A stretch of DNA of 64,000 bases, from contig CBDBDR010000017.1 of NCBI GenBank assembly GCA_965203965.1, positions 448,001 through 512,000 of the forward strand, read 5' to 3'. The notes under the pieces are model-generated. The model had not been told where the DNA came from and ran no database searches. It was given only the letters and a program-made list of their open reading frames with translations. The DNA is from Thermodesulfobacteriota bacterium (GTDB taxonomy: Bacteria; Desulfobacterota_D; UBA1144; Nemesobacterales; JAJCZQ01). How positions within the stretch are numbered: the first letter of the stretch is position 1; every line of letters starts with the position of its first letter. The translations under genes were made by a program, and so were the position numbers. Of the stretch, positions 1 to 9,282 are shown piece by piece.

Positions 1-606
1 TGTTTTTTGATCTGCAGGTAAAAACGCACCCACGGGATTATAAACAAAATTCAACATCAAACCTGTTCCTTCAACTCCGTAGCCCACTTTGTTGAGCATG
101 GAGATAGATTCAATACTTTTTTCAAATACTCCTTTTCCTCTTTGTTTGTCAGTGAAATATTCCTGATAGTAGGGAAGGGAGGCTATTACTTCGACTTTAT
201 TTTCTGAAAAAAATTTGGGAAGATAAGATTTATCCTCACCAGTTACGGGGTTACCATCTATGGTTACGGTGAGATTATGACGCACCATAATGTGTCTGTT
301 TAGATCTTTGGCTCTGAGAACAAAATAATCAAAATGAGGGTTCAGTTCCGGAGCCCCTCCCGTGAGATCAAGGTTTTTTATACATTCATCGTTTTCCAAA
401 ATTTGCAGGCATCTATCTACCAATTCAAGACTGATCTGTTCAGTCCTTTTGGGTGAAGCATCTACATGACAATGCACGCATGCCTGATTGCAAAGTTTGG
501 TAACATTGACCTGAAGCGTATTTATAGAAAGTGGTGAAAGCTCAAGATTGCTGTTTTTTATAAACTTATTGAAATTGTATCTGGAATTATCTTGGTGTTC
601 TGACAT
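1..606 (-). CDS. arsS: ArsS-family (arsenosugar biosynthesis) radical SAM protein, runs off the window start
   Basis: Manual translation from ATG 606: LQVNVTKLCNQACVHCHVDASPKRTE, LDLTGGAPELNPHF, IASLPYY, QRGKGVFEKSI, VYNPVGAFLP; not in the ORF track because it is truncated. Confidence 0.85.
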   Translation of the reverse strand, partial: MSEHQDNSRYNFNKFIKNSNLELSPLSINTLQVNVTKLCNQACVHCHVDASPKRTEQISLELVDRCLQILENDECIKNLDLTGGAPELNPHFDYFVLRAKDLNRHIMVRHNLTVTIDGNPVTGEDKSYLPKFFSENKVEVIASLPYYQEYFTDKQRGKGVFEKSIESISMLNKVGYGVEGTGLMLNFVYNPVGAFLPADQKT

Positions 607-617
607 TAGTCTATTTT

Positions 618-965
618 TTACAATGCACCTTGTTTTTTCATACTGTTGTGCATTTGGACAGCGTGTATCAGCTTTATCCCGGCTTCAAGCGAGGCTGCAA
701 CGTGAACAGCTTCGGTCATTTGCTCGGGATTTGCTCCTGATTCAAGACACTGAGTGGTGTAAGCGTCAATACAATAGGGGCATTGACGCGAATGTGAAAC
801 TGCCAAAGCAATCAACGCTTTTTCTCTTTTGGTTAAAGCCCCTTCGCTATTAATTGTTGCATTGTAGTATTCAAAAAATTTATCCATTAACTCTTTGCTG
901 AAATTACCTACTTCTGCAAATCTTTTAAGGTCATCTGAATTATAGTAGTCCATTTTTTCCTCCAT
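618..965 (-). CDS. AhpD/CMD-like protein (ArsS-associated peroxidase-like)
   Basis: REKALIALAVSHSRQCPYCIDAY (CxxC) motif; directly upstream of arsS. Confidence 0.85.
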   Translation of the reverse strand: MEEKMDYYNSDDLKRFAEVGNFSKELMDKFFEYYNATINSEGALTKREKALIALAVSHSRQCPYCIDAYTTQCLESGANPEQMTEAVHVAASLEAGIKLIHAVQMHNSMKKQGAL

Positions 966-1135
966 TTGTTTAGCAACAGTTACTTGTTTCCTCTGTATTG
1001 ATGTGTTAGTAAAGTTTTGTTCATTATCAACTTCCGGCTTTATAATATAGTTTTAACCTATCTTAATTGTTATATATTCTTAAATACTAATGTATCCTCA
1101 TACTGTTATCAATTTAACTTTATCCTTATAAACCC

Positions 1136-1819
1136 GTGCTGAAAGCAATTATATTTGATTTTGACGGTATTATAGCTGATACAGAACCGATCCATCTTGG
1201 GGCTTTTAAAAAGGTACTGAATAACATAAATATATCACTGACGGATGAAGATTATTACGAAAAATATCTCGCTTATGATGACAAAACATTGTTTACCGAG
1301 ATTTTAAGACACTCTAAAAGGGAACCTGATAATGTTCTAATACAGTCACTAATAAGGAAAAAAAATAGGATTGTGACCGAAATATTTAACGAGGAAATTG
1401 CTCTTTTCCCGGGATTTTTAAGCTATTTAAAAACAGTTAAAGACAAATACCTGATTGCCATAGGTTCAGGAGCATTAAAATCTGAAATTGTATTGGTTTT
1501 AAAAAAATTTGGCATAGAAGATGAAATTCACTCTATAACCGCAGCAGATGACGTTGTTATCTGTAAACCCAATCCTGAGGTGTTTCTCAAATCTCTAAAA
1601 TCGCTGAATAAAATCAATAATAGTAACAGTGACATTCTGCCCAAAGAATGCTTGGTGTTCGAGGATTCCGTTTCTGGTGTAAAAGCTGCAAAATTTGCAA
1701 ATATGAAATGTGTGGCAATTACCAATAGTTACAGCCGAGAAATGCTTTGTGAGGCAGACATTATCTCAAACAGTTTTGAAGAATTAGAGATGAAAAAAGT
1801 AGAAGCTCTTTTTGATTAA
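1136..1819 (+). CDS. HAD-family phosphatase (beta-PGM/CbbY-like)
   Basis: FDFDGIIADTE motif I, KPNPEVF, FEDS motif IV. Confidence 0.85.
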   Translation: MLKAIIFDFDGIIADTEPIHLGAFKKVLNNINISLTDEDYYEKYLAYDDKTLFTEILRHSKREPDNVLIQSLIRKKNRIVTEIFNEEIALFPGFLSYLKTVKDKYLIAIGSGALKSEIVLVLKKFGIEDEIHSITAADDVVICKPNPEVFLKSLKSLNKINNSNSDILPKECLVFEDSVSGVKAAKFANMKCVAITNSYSREMLCEADIISNSFEELEMKKVEALFD

Positions 1820-1914
1820 TTGTCACTCAGTAATTAGTATATTTGGTTTACATTGAAAAATACTTCTTTACAGATGATCTTAGTAATTACCAACAACAAA
1901 AACAGTAAATTGCT

Positions 1915-2490
1915 ATGAAAAGAGGTGTCTTATTTGTATTTTCAGGTCCTTCTGGAAGCGGAAAAACCACTCTGGCTAAACAGATAGTTGAACAGGTTGG
2001 TAATATGAATTTTGTAATATCCTACACCACACGACCCAAAAGAAAGGGAGAGTTGAACGGTAAAGATTATTTTTTTATTAATATTCAGAAGTTTAAAAAT
2101 ATGATAGAAAACAATGAATTTGCAGAGTGGGCTGAAGTGTTTGGAAATTATTACGGTACACCAATGGAAACCGTGAAAACCCTTTTGAACGAAGGAAAGG
2201 ATGTTTTGCTTGAAATAGACGTCAAAGGTGCAAGACAAATCAGGGAAAAATTCAGTGATTCAATACACGTTTTCATACTTGCTCCGACCATAAAAGAACT
2301 GGGTCAGAGGCTTGTGAAAAGAAAAACCGACAGCAGTGATGAAATAAAAAGCAGATTAAACTTAGCAGATAAAGAGATGGCAGAGGCTAAAGGCTATGAT
2401 TATACTATTATAAATGATGAATTAAAACAATCTCTGGTGAAAATAGAAAAAATTATAAAAATAGAAAAAACAAATAATAATTTCTTATAG
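1915..2490 (+). CDS. gmk: Guanylate kinase
   Basis: GPSGSGKTT P-loop, SYTTRPKRKGE, YYGT, LEIDVKGA. Confidence 0.95.
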   Translation: MKRGVLFVFSGPSGSGKTTLAKQIVEQVGNMNFVISYTTRPKRKGELNGKDYFFINIQKFKNMIENNEFAEWAEVFGNYYGTPMETVKTLLNEGKDVLLEIDVKGARQIREKFSDSIHVFILAPTIKELGQRLVKRKTDSSDEIKSRLNLADKEMAEAKGYDYTIINDELKQSLVKIEKIIKIEKTNNNFL

Positions 2491-2529
2491 ATACAATACA
2501 TATATAGAAATTACTTTAAGGTTATTGTT

Positions 2530-4725
2530 ATGATAAGATTGAATGATATAATAGATAAAGTTGCATCATACCGTGATCTTTCAAAGAGTGATAAGGATCT
2601 AATCAATCGGGCTTATGTCTATTCTGCCAAAGTGCATGCAGGTCAGAAAAGAGCATCCGGTCAGCCTTATCTGAGTCACCCACTAGAGGTTTCTTCAATT
2701 TTAGCAGAGATAAAACTTGATGTTGCAACAATTGCGACAGGGTTGCTTCACGACACGGTAGAGGACACACTTACCACACTTGATGAAATTGAAGAACTCT
2801 TTGGTAGAGACATAGCATTTCTTGTTGATGGTACAACCAAGATCAGCAAATTGCATTACATTTCAAATCTTAAGACTCAGGGAGAAAATTTTAGGAAACT
2901 TTTTCTTGCAACGGCGCAGGATATAAGGGTTGTTCTGATAAAACTTGCCGACCGTCTGCATAACATGAGAACTCTCAAATACTTGAATAAAGACAAGATA
3001 AAAAGCATTTCAGAAGAAACAATTAATGTCTATGCCCCTCTTGCGCACCGGCTTGGTATGAATTGGATTCACATAGAACTTGAAGATCTAGCATTCGCAC
3101 ATTCCAACCCACGAGATTACAAAAAGGTACATAACCTTGTATCCAGCAAGAAAAAAGAGTGGAAAAACTACCTCAAAGAGGTTAAAACCACTCTCACAGA
3201 AAAACTGAACGAAGTCGGAATCAAAGCAGAGGTGACAGGTAGATTCAAACATAATTATGGGATATATACAAAGATGAAGATGCAAGGTCTAGATATAGAC
3301 AAGGTTTACGACATACTCGCTTTCAGAATTATTACGGATAGTAAAAATGAGTGCTATCAAGCACTGGGAATTATACACGGTCTCTGGAGCCCCGTTCCGG
3401 GTAAATTCAAAGACTATATAGCACTGCAAAAAGCCAACGGATATCAGGCATTACACACCACAGTTCTGGATCCATTAAAAGAGCGGATGGAGATTCAAAT
3501 TAAAACCAAGGACATGCATAAATACGCAGAATATGGAGTTGCTTCACACTGGAACTACAAGGAAAACATGGGTGCAAATACCAGTCAGAAAATGTATGAC
3601 TCGCTTAGAAAGCTTTTGGAGCATAAAGATATAGAGGATTCAACTGAATTTATGGAGGCTATTCAAGGTGAACTCGCATCACAGATACTTTACGTTTTTA
3701 CCCCGAATGGTGACATTATTGAACTTCCGCAAGGTGCGACACCGATGGATTTTGCCTATGCAATTCATGCCGAAATTGGTCATCATTGTTACCGAGCACT
3801 GGTAAACCGTGGACTTGTTGCCTTGAACCGGAAATTAAAAACAGGTGATACGGTGGAGATCATCACCCATAAAGACAAACATCCAAGCAGGGATTGGCTC
3901 TCGTTTGTTGTAACTTCCAAAGCTAGAACGAGAATAAGATCATGGTTGAGAAAAGAGGAAAACGAGGTATCTGAAGAAAGCGGACGAAACATCACTCAAA
4001 GGAAATTAAAAAAGCACGGAATACAGTTGGGTGAGATAGAAAAAGACAAAAAACTTTTAGATTCATTAAAGACTTTGAATTTAAGAGGTGTAGGCACTTT
4101 GAATTTAGATAGCATAGAGGAATTCTACAGAGCTGTGGGTTTTGGGAGAATTTCCGCCAGTGAAATAATAAACCTCATGTCCCCAGGAACCGATATTATG
4201 TCTCAGGGTAAAAGAGACAGAATTAAGAGTATTATCAATAAGATAAGTAAAGATCGGCTCAAAAATGCCATAAAAATACAAGGTTTCAACAATATTATGG
4301 TCAGACTTGCTGAATGTTGTCTGCCGCTTCCTGGAGAATTGATTTTGGGTTATACAACAAGAGGTAAAGGGGTGACAATCCACAAACACAACTGCTCTTA
4401 CCTGCTTGACGTAGACCCTGAAAGAAGGATAGACGTAGAGTGGGATAAAGACTTCGCTGGACAACTACTCGCAACAATTTTCGTTGTGTACTCAGATATT
4501 CCAAAAAAATTGCCAAAGTTAGAGAAAGTGATCTTAAAAAATGGTGCAAATATTATAAATGTAAAAACATTTAAATTTGATATTGAAAAGGTCAGGAGCA
4601 ATTTTGAAATATCAGTGGAAAATATAACGTGTTTGAACTCTATTATAGATTCTCTGCAAAAATTGAAGAGTGTGGTAGCCGTGGAAAGAATTTTTAAATC
4701 ACAAGTCAATTCCTGGCAGAAATAA
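2530..4725 (+). CDS. spoT: Bifunctional (p)ppGpp synthetase/hydrolase (long RSH)
   Basis: HD hydrolase LLHDTVED, KLADRLHNMRTL, NGYQALHT, TGS domain (VFTPNGD...DFAYAIH), CC and ACT regions. Confidence 0.93.
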   Translation: MIRLNDIIDKVASYRDLSKSDKDLINRAYVYSAKVHAGQKRASGQPYLSHPLEVSSILAEIKLDVATIATGLLHDTVEDTLTTLDEIEELFGRDIAFLVDGTTKISKLHYISNLKTQGENFRKLFLATAQDIRVVLIKLADRLHNMRTLKYLNKDKIKSISEETINVYAPLAHRLGMNWIHIELEDLAFAHSNPRDYKKVHNLVSSKKKEWKNYLKEVKTTLTEKLNEVGIKAEVTGRFKHNYGIYTKMKMQGLDIDKVYDILAFRIITDSKNECYQALGIIHGLWSPVPGKFKDYIALQKANGYQALHTTVLDPLKERMEIQIKTKDMHKYAEYGVASHWNYKENMGANTSQKMYDSLRKLLEHKDIEDSTEFMEAIQGELASQILYVFTPNGDIIELPQGATPMDFAYAIHAEIGHHCYRALVNRGLVALNRKLKTGDTVEIITHKDKHPSRDWLSFVVTSKARTRIRSWLRKEENEVSEESGRNITQRKLKKHGIQLGEIEKDKKLLDSLKTLNLRGVGTLNLDSIEEFYRAVGFGRISASEIINLMSPGTDIMSQGKRDRIKSIINKISKDRLKNAIKIQGFNNIMVRLAECCLPLPGELILGYTTRGKGVTIHKHNCSYLLDVDPERRIDVEWDKDFAGQLLATIFVVYSDIPKKLPKLEKVILKNGANIINVKTFKFDIEKVRSNFEISVENITCLNSIIDSLQKLKSVVAVERIFKSQVNSWQK

Positions 4726-4774
4726 CTCATATTGAAACGAATACAATACTATAATATATTTAACCGGTATATAT

Positions 4775-5527
4775 ATGCTCAAATTTTTTTATAACCGACG
4801 TAGAATCAAAAAAAGCCGCTTAGCACAGAATATTGAATCAGTTTTAATTGCTTTATTTCTGGCGATTTTCATAAGAACTTTCATTGTGCAACCGTTCAAA
4901 ATTCCGTCCGTGTCCATGGTTCCAACTTTACTAGTTGGTGACCACTTGCTTGTGAACAAGTTTGTTTATGGAACCAACATACCTTTCACAGATATTAAGA
5001 TATTTCCACTGAAAAAAATTGAGAGGGGGGACGTAGTAGTCTTTAAATTTAAGGAAAAGAAGTTAAGTGATAAAGGAATACGTCTTTTTCAAAATGTTCA
5101 TTATATAAAAAGAGTTATAGGTATTCCCGGTGATACAATAGATATAAGAGGAAGAGATGTATATATAAATAGTGAAAAAGTGAACAAGGTATTTGATAAA
5201 AACTATTTTTACTATGAAAAAAATAATGAAATAAGAACAGACAAATACACCAGTGCTCTGGGAAACCATAATTTTAGCGTTGTATACAAAAATGGATTTT
5301 TCAATACAAAAAAAGGCAAACTTAACTTCCCTGTGACAGTTCCAGAAGGGCAGGTTTTTGTCATGGGAGACAACAGGGATAACAGCTATGACAGCAGATT
5401 TTGGGGGTTTTTACCATCGTATGATATATTAGGGAAGGCGTTCTTTATACATTGGTCATGGAATTTTTACCAAAGTGATATATTAAAAAAGATTAGATGG
5501 ACTAGAATATTTTCTTCAATAAATTGA
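4775..5527 (+). CDS. lepB: Signal peptidase I
   Basis: IPSVSMVPTLLVGD, YIKRVIGIPGD, MGDNRDNSYDSRFWG. Confidence 0.95.
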   Translation: MLKFFYNRRRIKKSRLAQNIESVLIALFLAIFIRTFIVQPFKIPSVSMVPTLLVGDHLLVNKFVYGTNIPFTDIKIFPLKKIERGDVVVFKFKEKKLSDKGIRLFQNVHYIKRVIGIPGDTIDIRGRDVYINSEKVNKVFDKNYFYYEKNNEIRTDKYTSALGNHNFSVVYKNGFFNTKKGKLNFPVTVPEGQVFVMGDNRDNSYDSRFWGFLPSYDILGKAFFIHWSWNFYQSDILKKIRWTRIFSSIN

Positions 5528-5545
5528 TTTAGGAGAGGATTAAAT

Positions 5546-5884
5546 ATGAAGATTTTTTATTACTTATTATTATTAGTGGTATTAGTAGCACTTTATAAAC
5601 TAGTGCCAATATACTACAAATACTACAGTGTTAAGCTTGTATGTGAGCCTCACGTTAAATTGCTTCAAAATTCAGATGAAGAGCAAGTGAGAAATTTAGT
5701 CAAAGAAGAATTGGAAAGGTTCAAAATTCCCAAGAATAAGAGAAAGATAGTCGTAACCATTAATAATACAAGAACGGCGACAGTTAAAATTAGTTATAAA
5801 GATCAACTACAACTTCTTGATTATTATAAAAAGGATTTTAATTTCGTTATAGAATGTTCTGACAGCATTGCAGGACGAAGATAA
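5546..5884 (+). CDS. Membrane-anchored protein, DUF4845-like
   Basis: N-terminal TM helix, VPIYYKYY; DUF4845 genes typically lie downstream of lepB. Confidence 0.55.
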   Translation: MKIFYYLLLLVVLVALYKLVPIYYKYYSVKLVCEPHVKLLQNSDEEQVRNLVKEELERFKIPKNKRKIVVTINNTRTATVKISYKDQLQLLDYYKKDFNFVIECSDSIAGRR

Positions 5885-5887
5885 CCC

Positions 5888-6424
5888 GTGAATAAAAAAG
5901 CTCTGATAAACTCTAAAGAGGTTGATAGAAAGATACAGAGGATTGTTAATGAAATTATTGAAAAGAATCGTGTTGTAAATGATGTTGCCATAATAGGGAT
6001 TAAGACAAGAGGGGAGTATATAGGTAAGAGAATAAGCAACCACCTATACAAAATAGAAAAGAAAGATATTCCCTTTGGCACATTGGATATAACACTCTAC
6101 AGAGACGACCTGAGAAACAGCCTGAAATTACCCAAACTCAAGGGAACAAATATAAGTTTTGATATAAACAAACTCAAAATAATACTTGTTGATGACGTCA
6201 TTTATACGGGGCGGACGATAAGGGCTGCAATAGAAGCAATAATGAGTCTCGGTCGCCCTTCCAATATACAACTCGCGGTATTGGTTGACCGTGGATTGAG
6301 AGAATTGCCCATTCATCCTGATTTTGTAGGTTTGAAAATAAAAACCTCGGAAGAGGAAGAAGTTAAAGTGTATTTAAAAGAGCATGATAAAAAAGACGAA
6401 GTAACACTTATAAAAAATGGATGA
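5888..6424 (+). CDS. pyrR: PyrR bifunctional regulator/uracil phosphoribosyltransferase
   Basis: GIKTRG, LDITLYRDD, LVDDVIYTGRTIRAA, DRGLRELPI. Confidence 0.95.
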   Translation: MNKKALINSKEVDRKIQRIVNEIIEKNRVVNDVAIIGIKTRGEYIGKRISNHLYKIEKKDIPFGTLDITLYRDDLRNSLKLPKLKGTNISFDINKLKIILVDDVIYTGRTIRAAIEAIMSLGRPSNIQLAVLVDRGLRELPIHPDFVGLKIKTSEEEEVKVYLKEHDKKDEVTLIKNG

Positions 6425-7361
6425 ATTTAATAGGAGAAATATAATTTCAATCTCCGAGCTATCTGTAAATGAAATAAACCAGATTATGGATACTGCTGTG
6501 TCCATGAAGCAGGTAACAACCAGAGATATGAAAAAAGTTCCCACGTTGCAAGGGGTTACCGTAGTTAACCTTTTTCTAGAGCCTAGTACCAGAACAAAGT
6601 CGTCATTTGAGATTGCAGAAAAAAGATTAAGTGCAGACGTGCTTAATTTCACTTCATCTCAAAGCAGCATAGTAAAGGGAGAATCGTTGATTGATACGGC
6701 AAGGAATTTGGAGTCTATGGGTGCAAGTATAATAGTAATGAGACACCCTATGTCGGGTGCTCCATGGGTATTGTCAAAAAAGTCCACAGCATCAATTATT
6801 AATGCAGGTGATGGATCTCATGAACACCCCAGTCAGGCACTACTTGATCTATTTACAATAAGACAGATAAAGGGAAAGTTCGAAGGATTGAACGTTTTAA
6901 TAGTCGGCGATATTTTAAACAGCAGGGTGGCAAGATCTAATATTTACGGATTATTGAAACTCGGTGCAAACATTAAATTAGTGGGGCCAGGTTCTTTAAT
7001 ACCAAACTATTTTAAGGAAATGGGGATTGATGTTTTTTACAGACTTGAAGATGCACTTGTGGACACGGACGTAATTATCATGATGCGAATTCAAAAAGAG
7101 AGAAAAAGTCTGGACTACTTTCCGTCAATCAGGGAGTATTCCCGATTCTTTGGTTTGACAAAGGAGAAACTCAAATTGGCAAAGAAAGACATCATGATAA
7201 TGCATCCTGGTCCAATTAACAGGGGTGTGGAAATGACTTCTGAAGTTGCAGATGATAAAAGGTCGGTGATTTTGGATCAAGTCACAAATGGGATAGCTAT
7301 CAGAATGGCGATGATATATCTGGTTGCCAGTTGGAGATCTAAAAAAAGTGATACTGATTAA
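6417..7361 (+). CDS. pyrB: Aspartate carbamoyltransferase catalytic subunit
   Basis: FLEPSTRT, INAGDGSHEHPSQALLD, MHPGPINRGVE. Confidence 0.96.
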   Translation: MDEFNRRNIISISELSVNEINQIMDTAVSMKQVTTRDMKKVPTLQGVTVVNLFLEPSTRTKSSFEIAEKRLSADVLNFTSSQSSIVKGESLIDTARNLESMGASIIVMRHPMSGAPWVLSKKSTASIINAGDGSHEHPSQALLDLFTIRQIKGKFEGLNVLIVGDILNSRVARSNIYGLLKLGANIKLVGPGSLIPNYFKEMGIDVFYRLEDALVDTDVIIMMRIQKERKSLDYFPSIREYSRFFGLTKEKLKLAKKDIMIMHPGPINRGVEMTSEVADDKRSVILDQVTNGIAIRMAMIYLVASWRSKKSDTD

Positions 7362-8628
7362 AAATGGCAGGGTAATAGATCCGGCCAATAATGTTGACAA
7401 TATTAAAAATATTTTTATAAACAAAGACCGTATAAATGACTACCCGAAAAATACAAACCTGCTTGAATCAAAGCGTAACTTAAAAATCATTGATGCCACT
7501 GGAATGATAGTAGTTCCCGGACTGGTTGATATACATGTTCATTTAAGGGAACCGGGATATGAGCATAAAGAAACAATAAAAACAGGGACATTATCAGCAG
7601 CAGCTGGAGGATTCACTTCCATAGCCTGCATGCCCAATACAGATCCCATCAATGATAATGCCTCAGTGACGGATTACATTTTACTCAAAGCATTCAAAGA
7701 GGGCGTTGTCAATGTTTTCCCAATTGGTGCGATAACAAAGGGGGAAAAAGGTGAAGAATTGGCTGAGATCGGTGAAATGTATGAAGCTGGATGTATAGGA
7801 ATATCTGATGATGGTATGCCCGTTATAAATTCAAATCTTATGAGAAGAGCTATGGAATACGTCAGGTCTTTTAACATTCCTGTAATTTCTCATACAGAAG
7901 ATAAATACCTTTCAGACAATGGCGTTGTTAACGAGGGAAAATATTCAACTCTCCTTGGACTAAAGGGTATCCCCAATGCTGCCGAGGAGGTAATGGTCGC
8001 AAGAGACATACACCTGTCAGAATTAACTGGTACACACCTTCATATCTGCCATGTCTCAACTGAAGGTTCGGTGAGAATAATTAGGGATGCTAAAAAGAGA
8101 AATGTAAACGTAAGTGCAGAGGCAACTCCTCATCATTTTACATTGTCTCACGAAGAGGTGTTAAATTACAACACTAGCGCCAAAATGAATCCGCCACTGA
8201 GATCTGAAAAAGACGTTAAAGCAATACAGAAAGGTCTTAAAGACGGCACTATCGACGTCATTGCCACTGATCATGCACCACACAGTGAAGATGAAAAAAA
8301 TGTAGAGTTTGACAAAGCCCCTTTTGGCATTGTTGGCTTGGAAACAGCCTTGCCATTATCTTTAACTCTGACAGATAAAAAAATTCTTACCTTGAACCAA
8401 ATTATAGAAAAACTCACCGTGCTGCCTTCCAAAATCATAAATATTGACAGGGGAACACTTGGTAAAAATAAAATAGCGGATGTAATGATTTTTGATCCGA
8501 AAGAGCATTTCACGATCAATAAAAGCAAATTTTACTCAATGGGTAAGAACACCCCTTTTGATAATTATAAATTGAGAGGCAAAGTCAAATACACAATTGT
8601 TTCTGGTAAGGTTGTTTACACCGATTAG
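7348..8628 (+). CDS. pyrC: Dihydroorotase (type I)
   Basis: DIHVHLREPG, MPNTDP, KMNPPLR, ATDHAPH; GTG 7348 with an upstream GGAG chosen as start. Confidence 0.95.
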   Translation: MILIKNGRVIDPANNVDNIKNIFINKDRINDYPKNTNLLESKRNLKIIDATGMIVVPGLVDIHVHLREPGYEHKETIKTGTLSAAAGGFTSIACMPNTDPINDNASVTDYILLKAFKEGVVNVFPIGAITKGEKGEELAEIGEMYEAGCIGISDDGMPVINSNLMRRAMEYVRSFNIPVISHTEDKYLSDNGVVNEGKYSTLLGLKGIPNAAEEVMVARDIHLSELTGTHLHICHVSTEGSVRIIRDAKKRNVNVSAEATPHHFTLSHEEVLNYNTSAKMNPPLRSEKDVKAIQKGLKDGTIDVIATDHAPHSEDEKNVEFDKAPFGIVGLETALPLSLTLTDKKILTLNQIIEKLTVLPSKIINIDRGTLGKNKIADVMIFDPKEHFTINKSKFYSMGKNTPFDNYKLRGKVKYTIVSGKVVYTD

Positions 8629-8765
8629 CAAGTGGTTTCCAGCAGGATAAATTTCAGTGAAACACAGATGTAGTAACTGTGAAATTATTTTGGAATAAAA
8701 ACTCTCGGCAAGGTGGCAAATGAATATCACACAACCGAGTTTGGTGATAATAACATGAATCAGAC

Positions 8766-8954
8766 TTAATGAAGCATTTCTTCATGTTTTTCTTCCAACT
8801 CATCATCTTCATTATCAAGATCGTCTTCATCAAACTCATCATCTTCATCCCAATTTTCATCATCAAGATCATCTTCATCGGAAAACTCGTCATCTTCAAA
8901 CTCGTCTTCAATTCTTAGTTCATTATCTTGAAAAACATTAAATTTGTATGACAC
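8766..8954 (-). CDS. Small, extremely acidic (D/E-rich) hypothetical protein
   Basis: 62-aa ORF dominated by EDEFEDDEFSDEDDLDDENWDEDD low-complexity repeats; start uncertain. Confidence 0.45.
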   Translation of the reverse strand: MSYKFNVFQDNELRIEDEFEDDEFSDEDDLDDENWDEDDEFDEDDLDNEDDELEEKHEEMLH

Positions 8955-9128
8955 TCCTGCACCACCACCGATAAAATATTACACAAACCATACATCTCAA
9001 GGACTGTATGTCAAGATAAATTAACCTTAAATAAACGTTGCTTTATATATAAGGATATTGAACTCTTTTCCCAGAGTAATGTTGCTCAAAATTGTGAAAA
9101 ATCCAGTTATTATAAGGAGTTATAAATG

Positions 9129-9156
9129 TTGACAAAACTTGAGCATATCATATCAT
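9129..9156 (+). promoter_or_regulatory. Putative sigma70 promoter of the rib-nusB-trp operon
   Basis: TTGACA-N16-TATCAT about 130 nt upstream of ribBA. Confidence 0.5.
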
Positions 9157-9282
9157 TACTAAACATTTACAATCTATGTAATACAACAATCAGAGACAAT
9201 TTAATTCAGCCAACAACAGCCATATAAATTAGTTAGGGGAAACAAGCATACCAACCAATTTGAAGGTGCTAGAATAATAAAA

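Noticed and set aside
5860..5900. PyrR-binding attenuator
   Set aside because: pyrR starts 3 nt after the upstream gene; there is no leader or binding-loop motif.
8960..9282. FMN riboswitch upstream of ribBA
   Set aside because: The leader is AT-rich and lacks the conserved RFN motifs.
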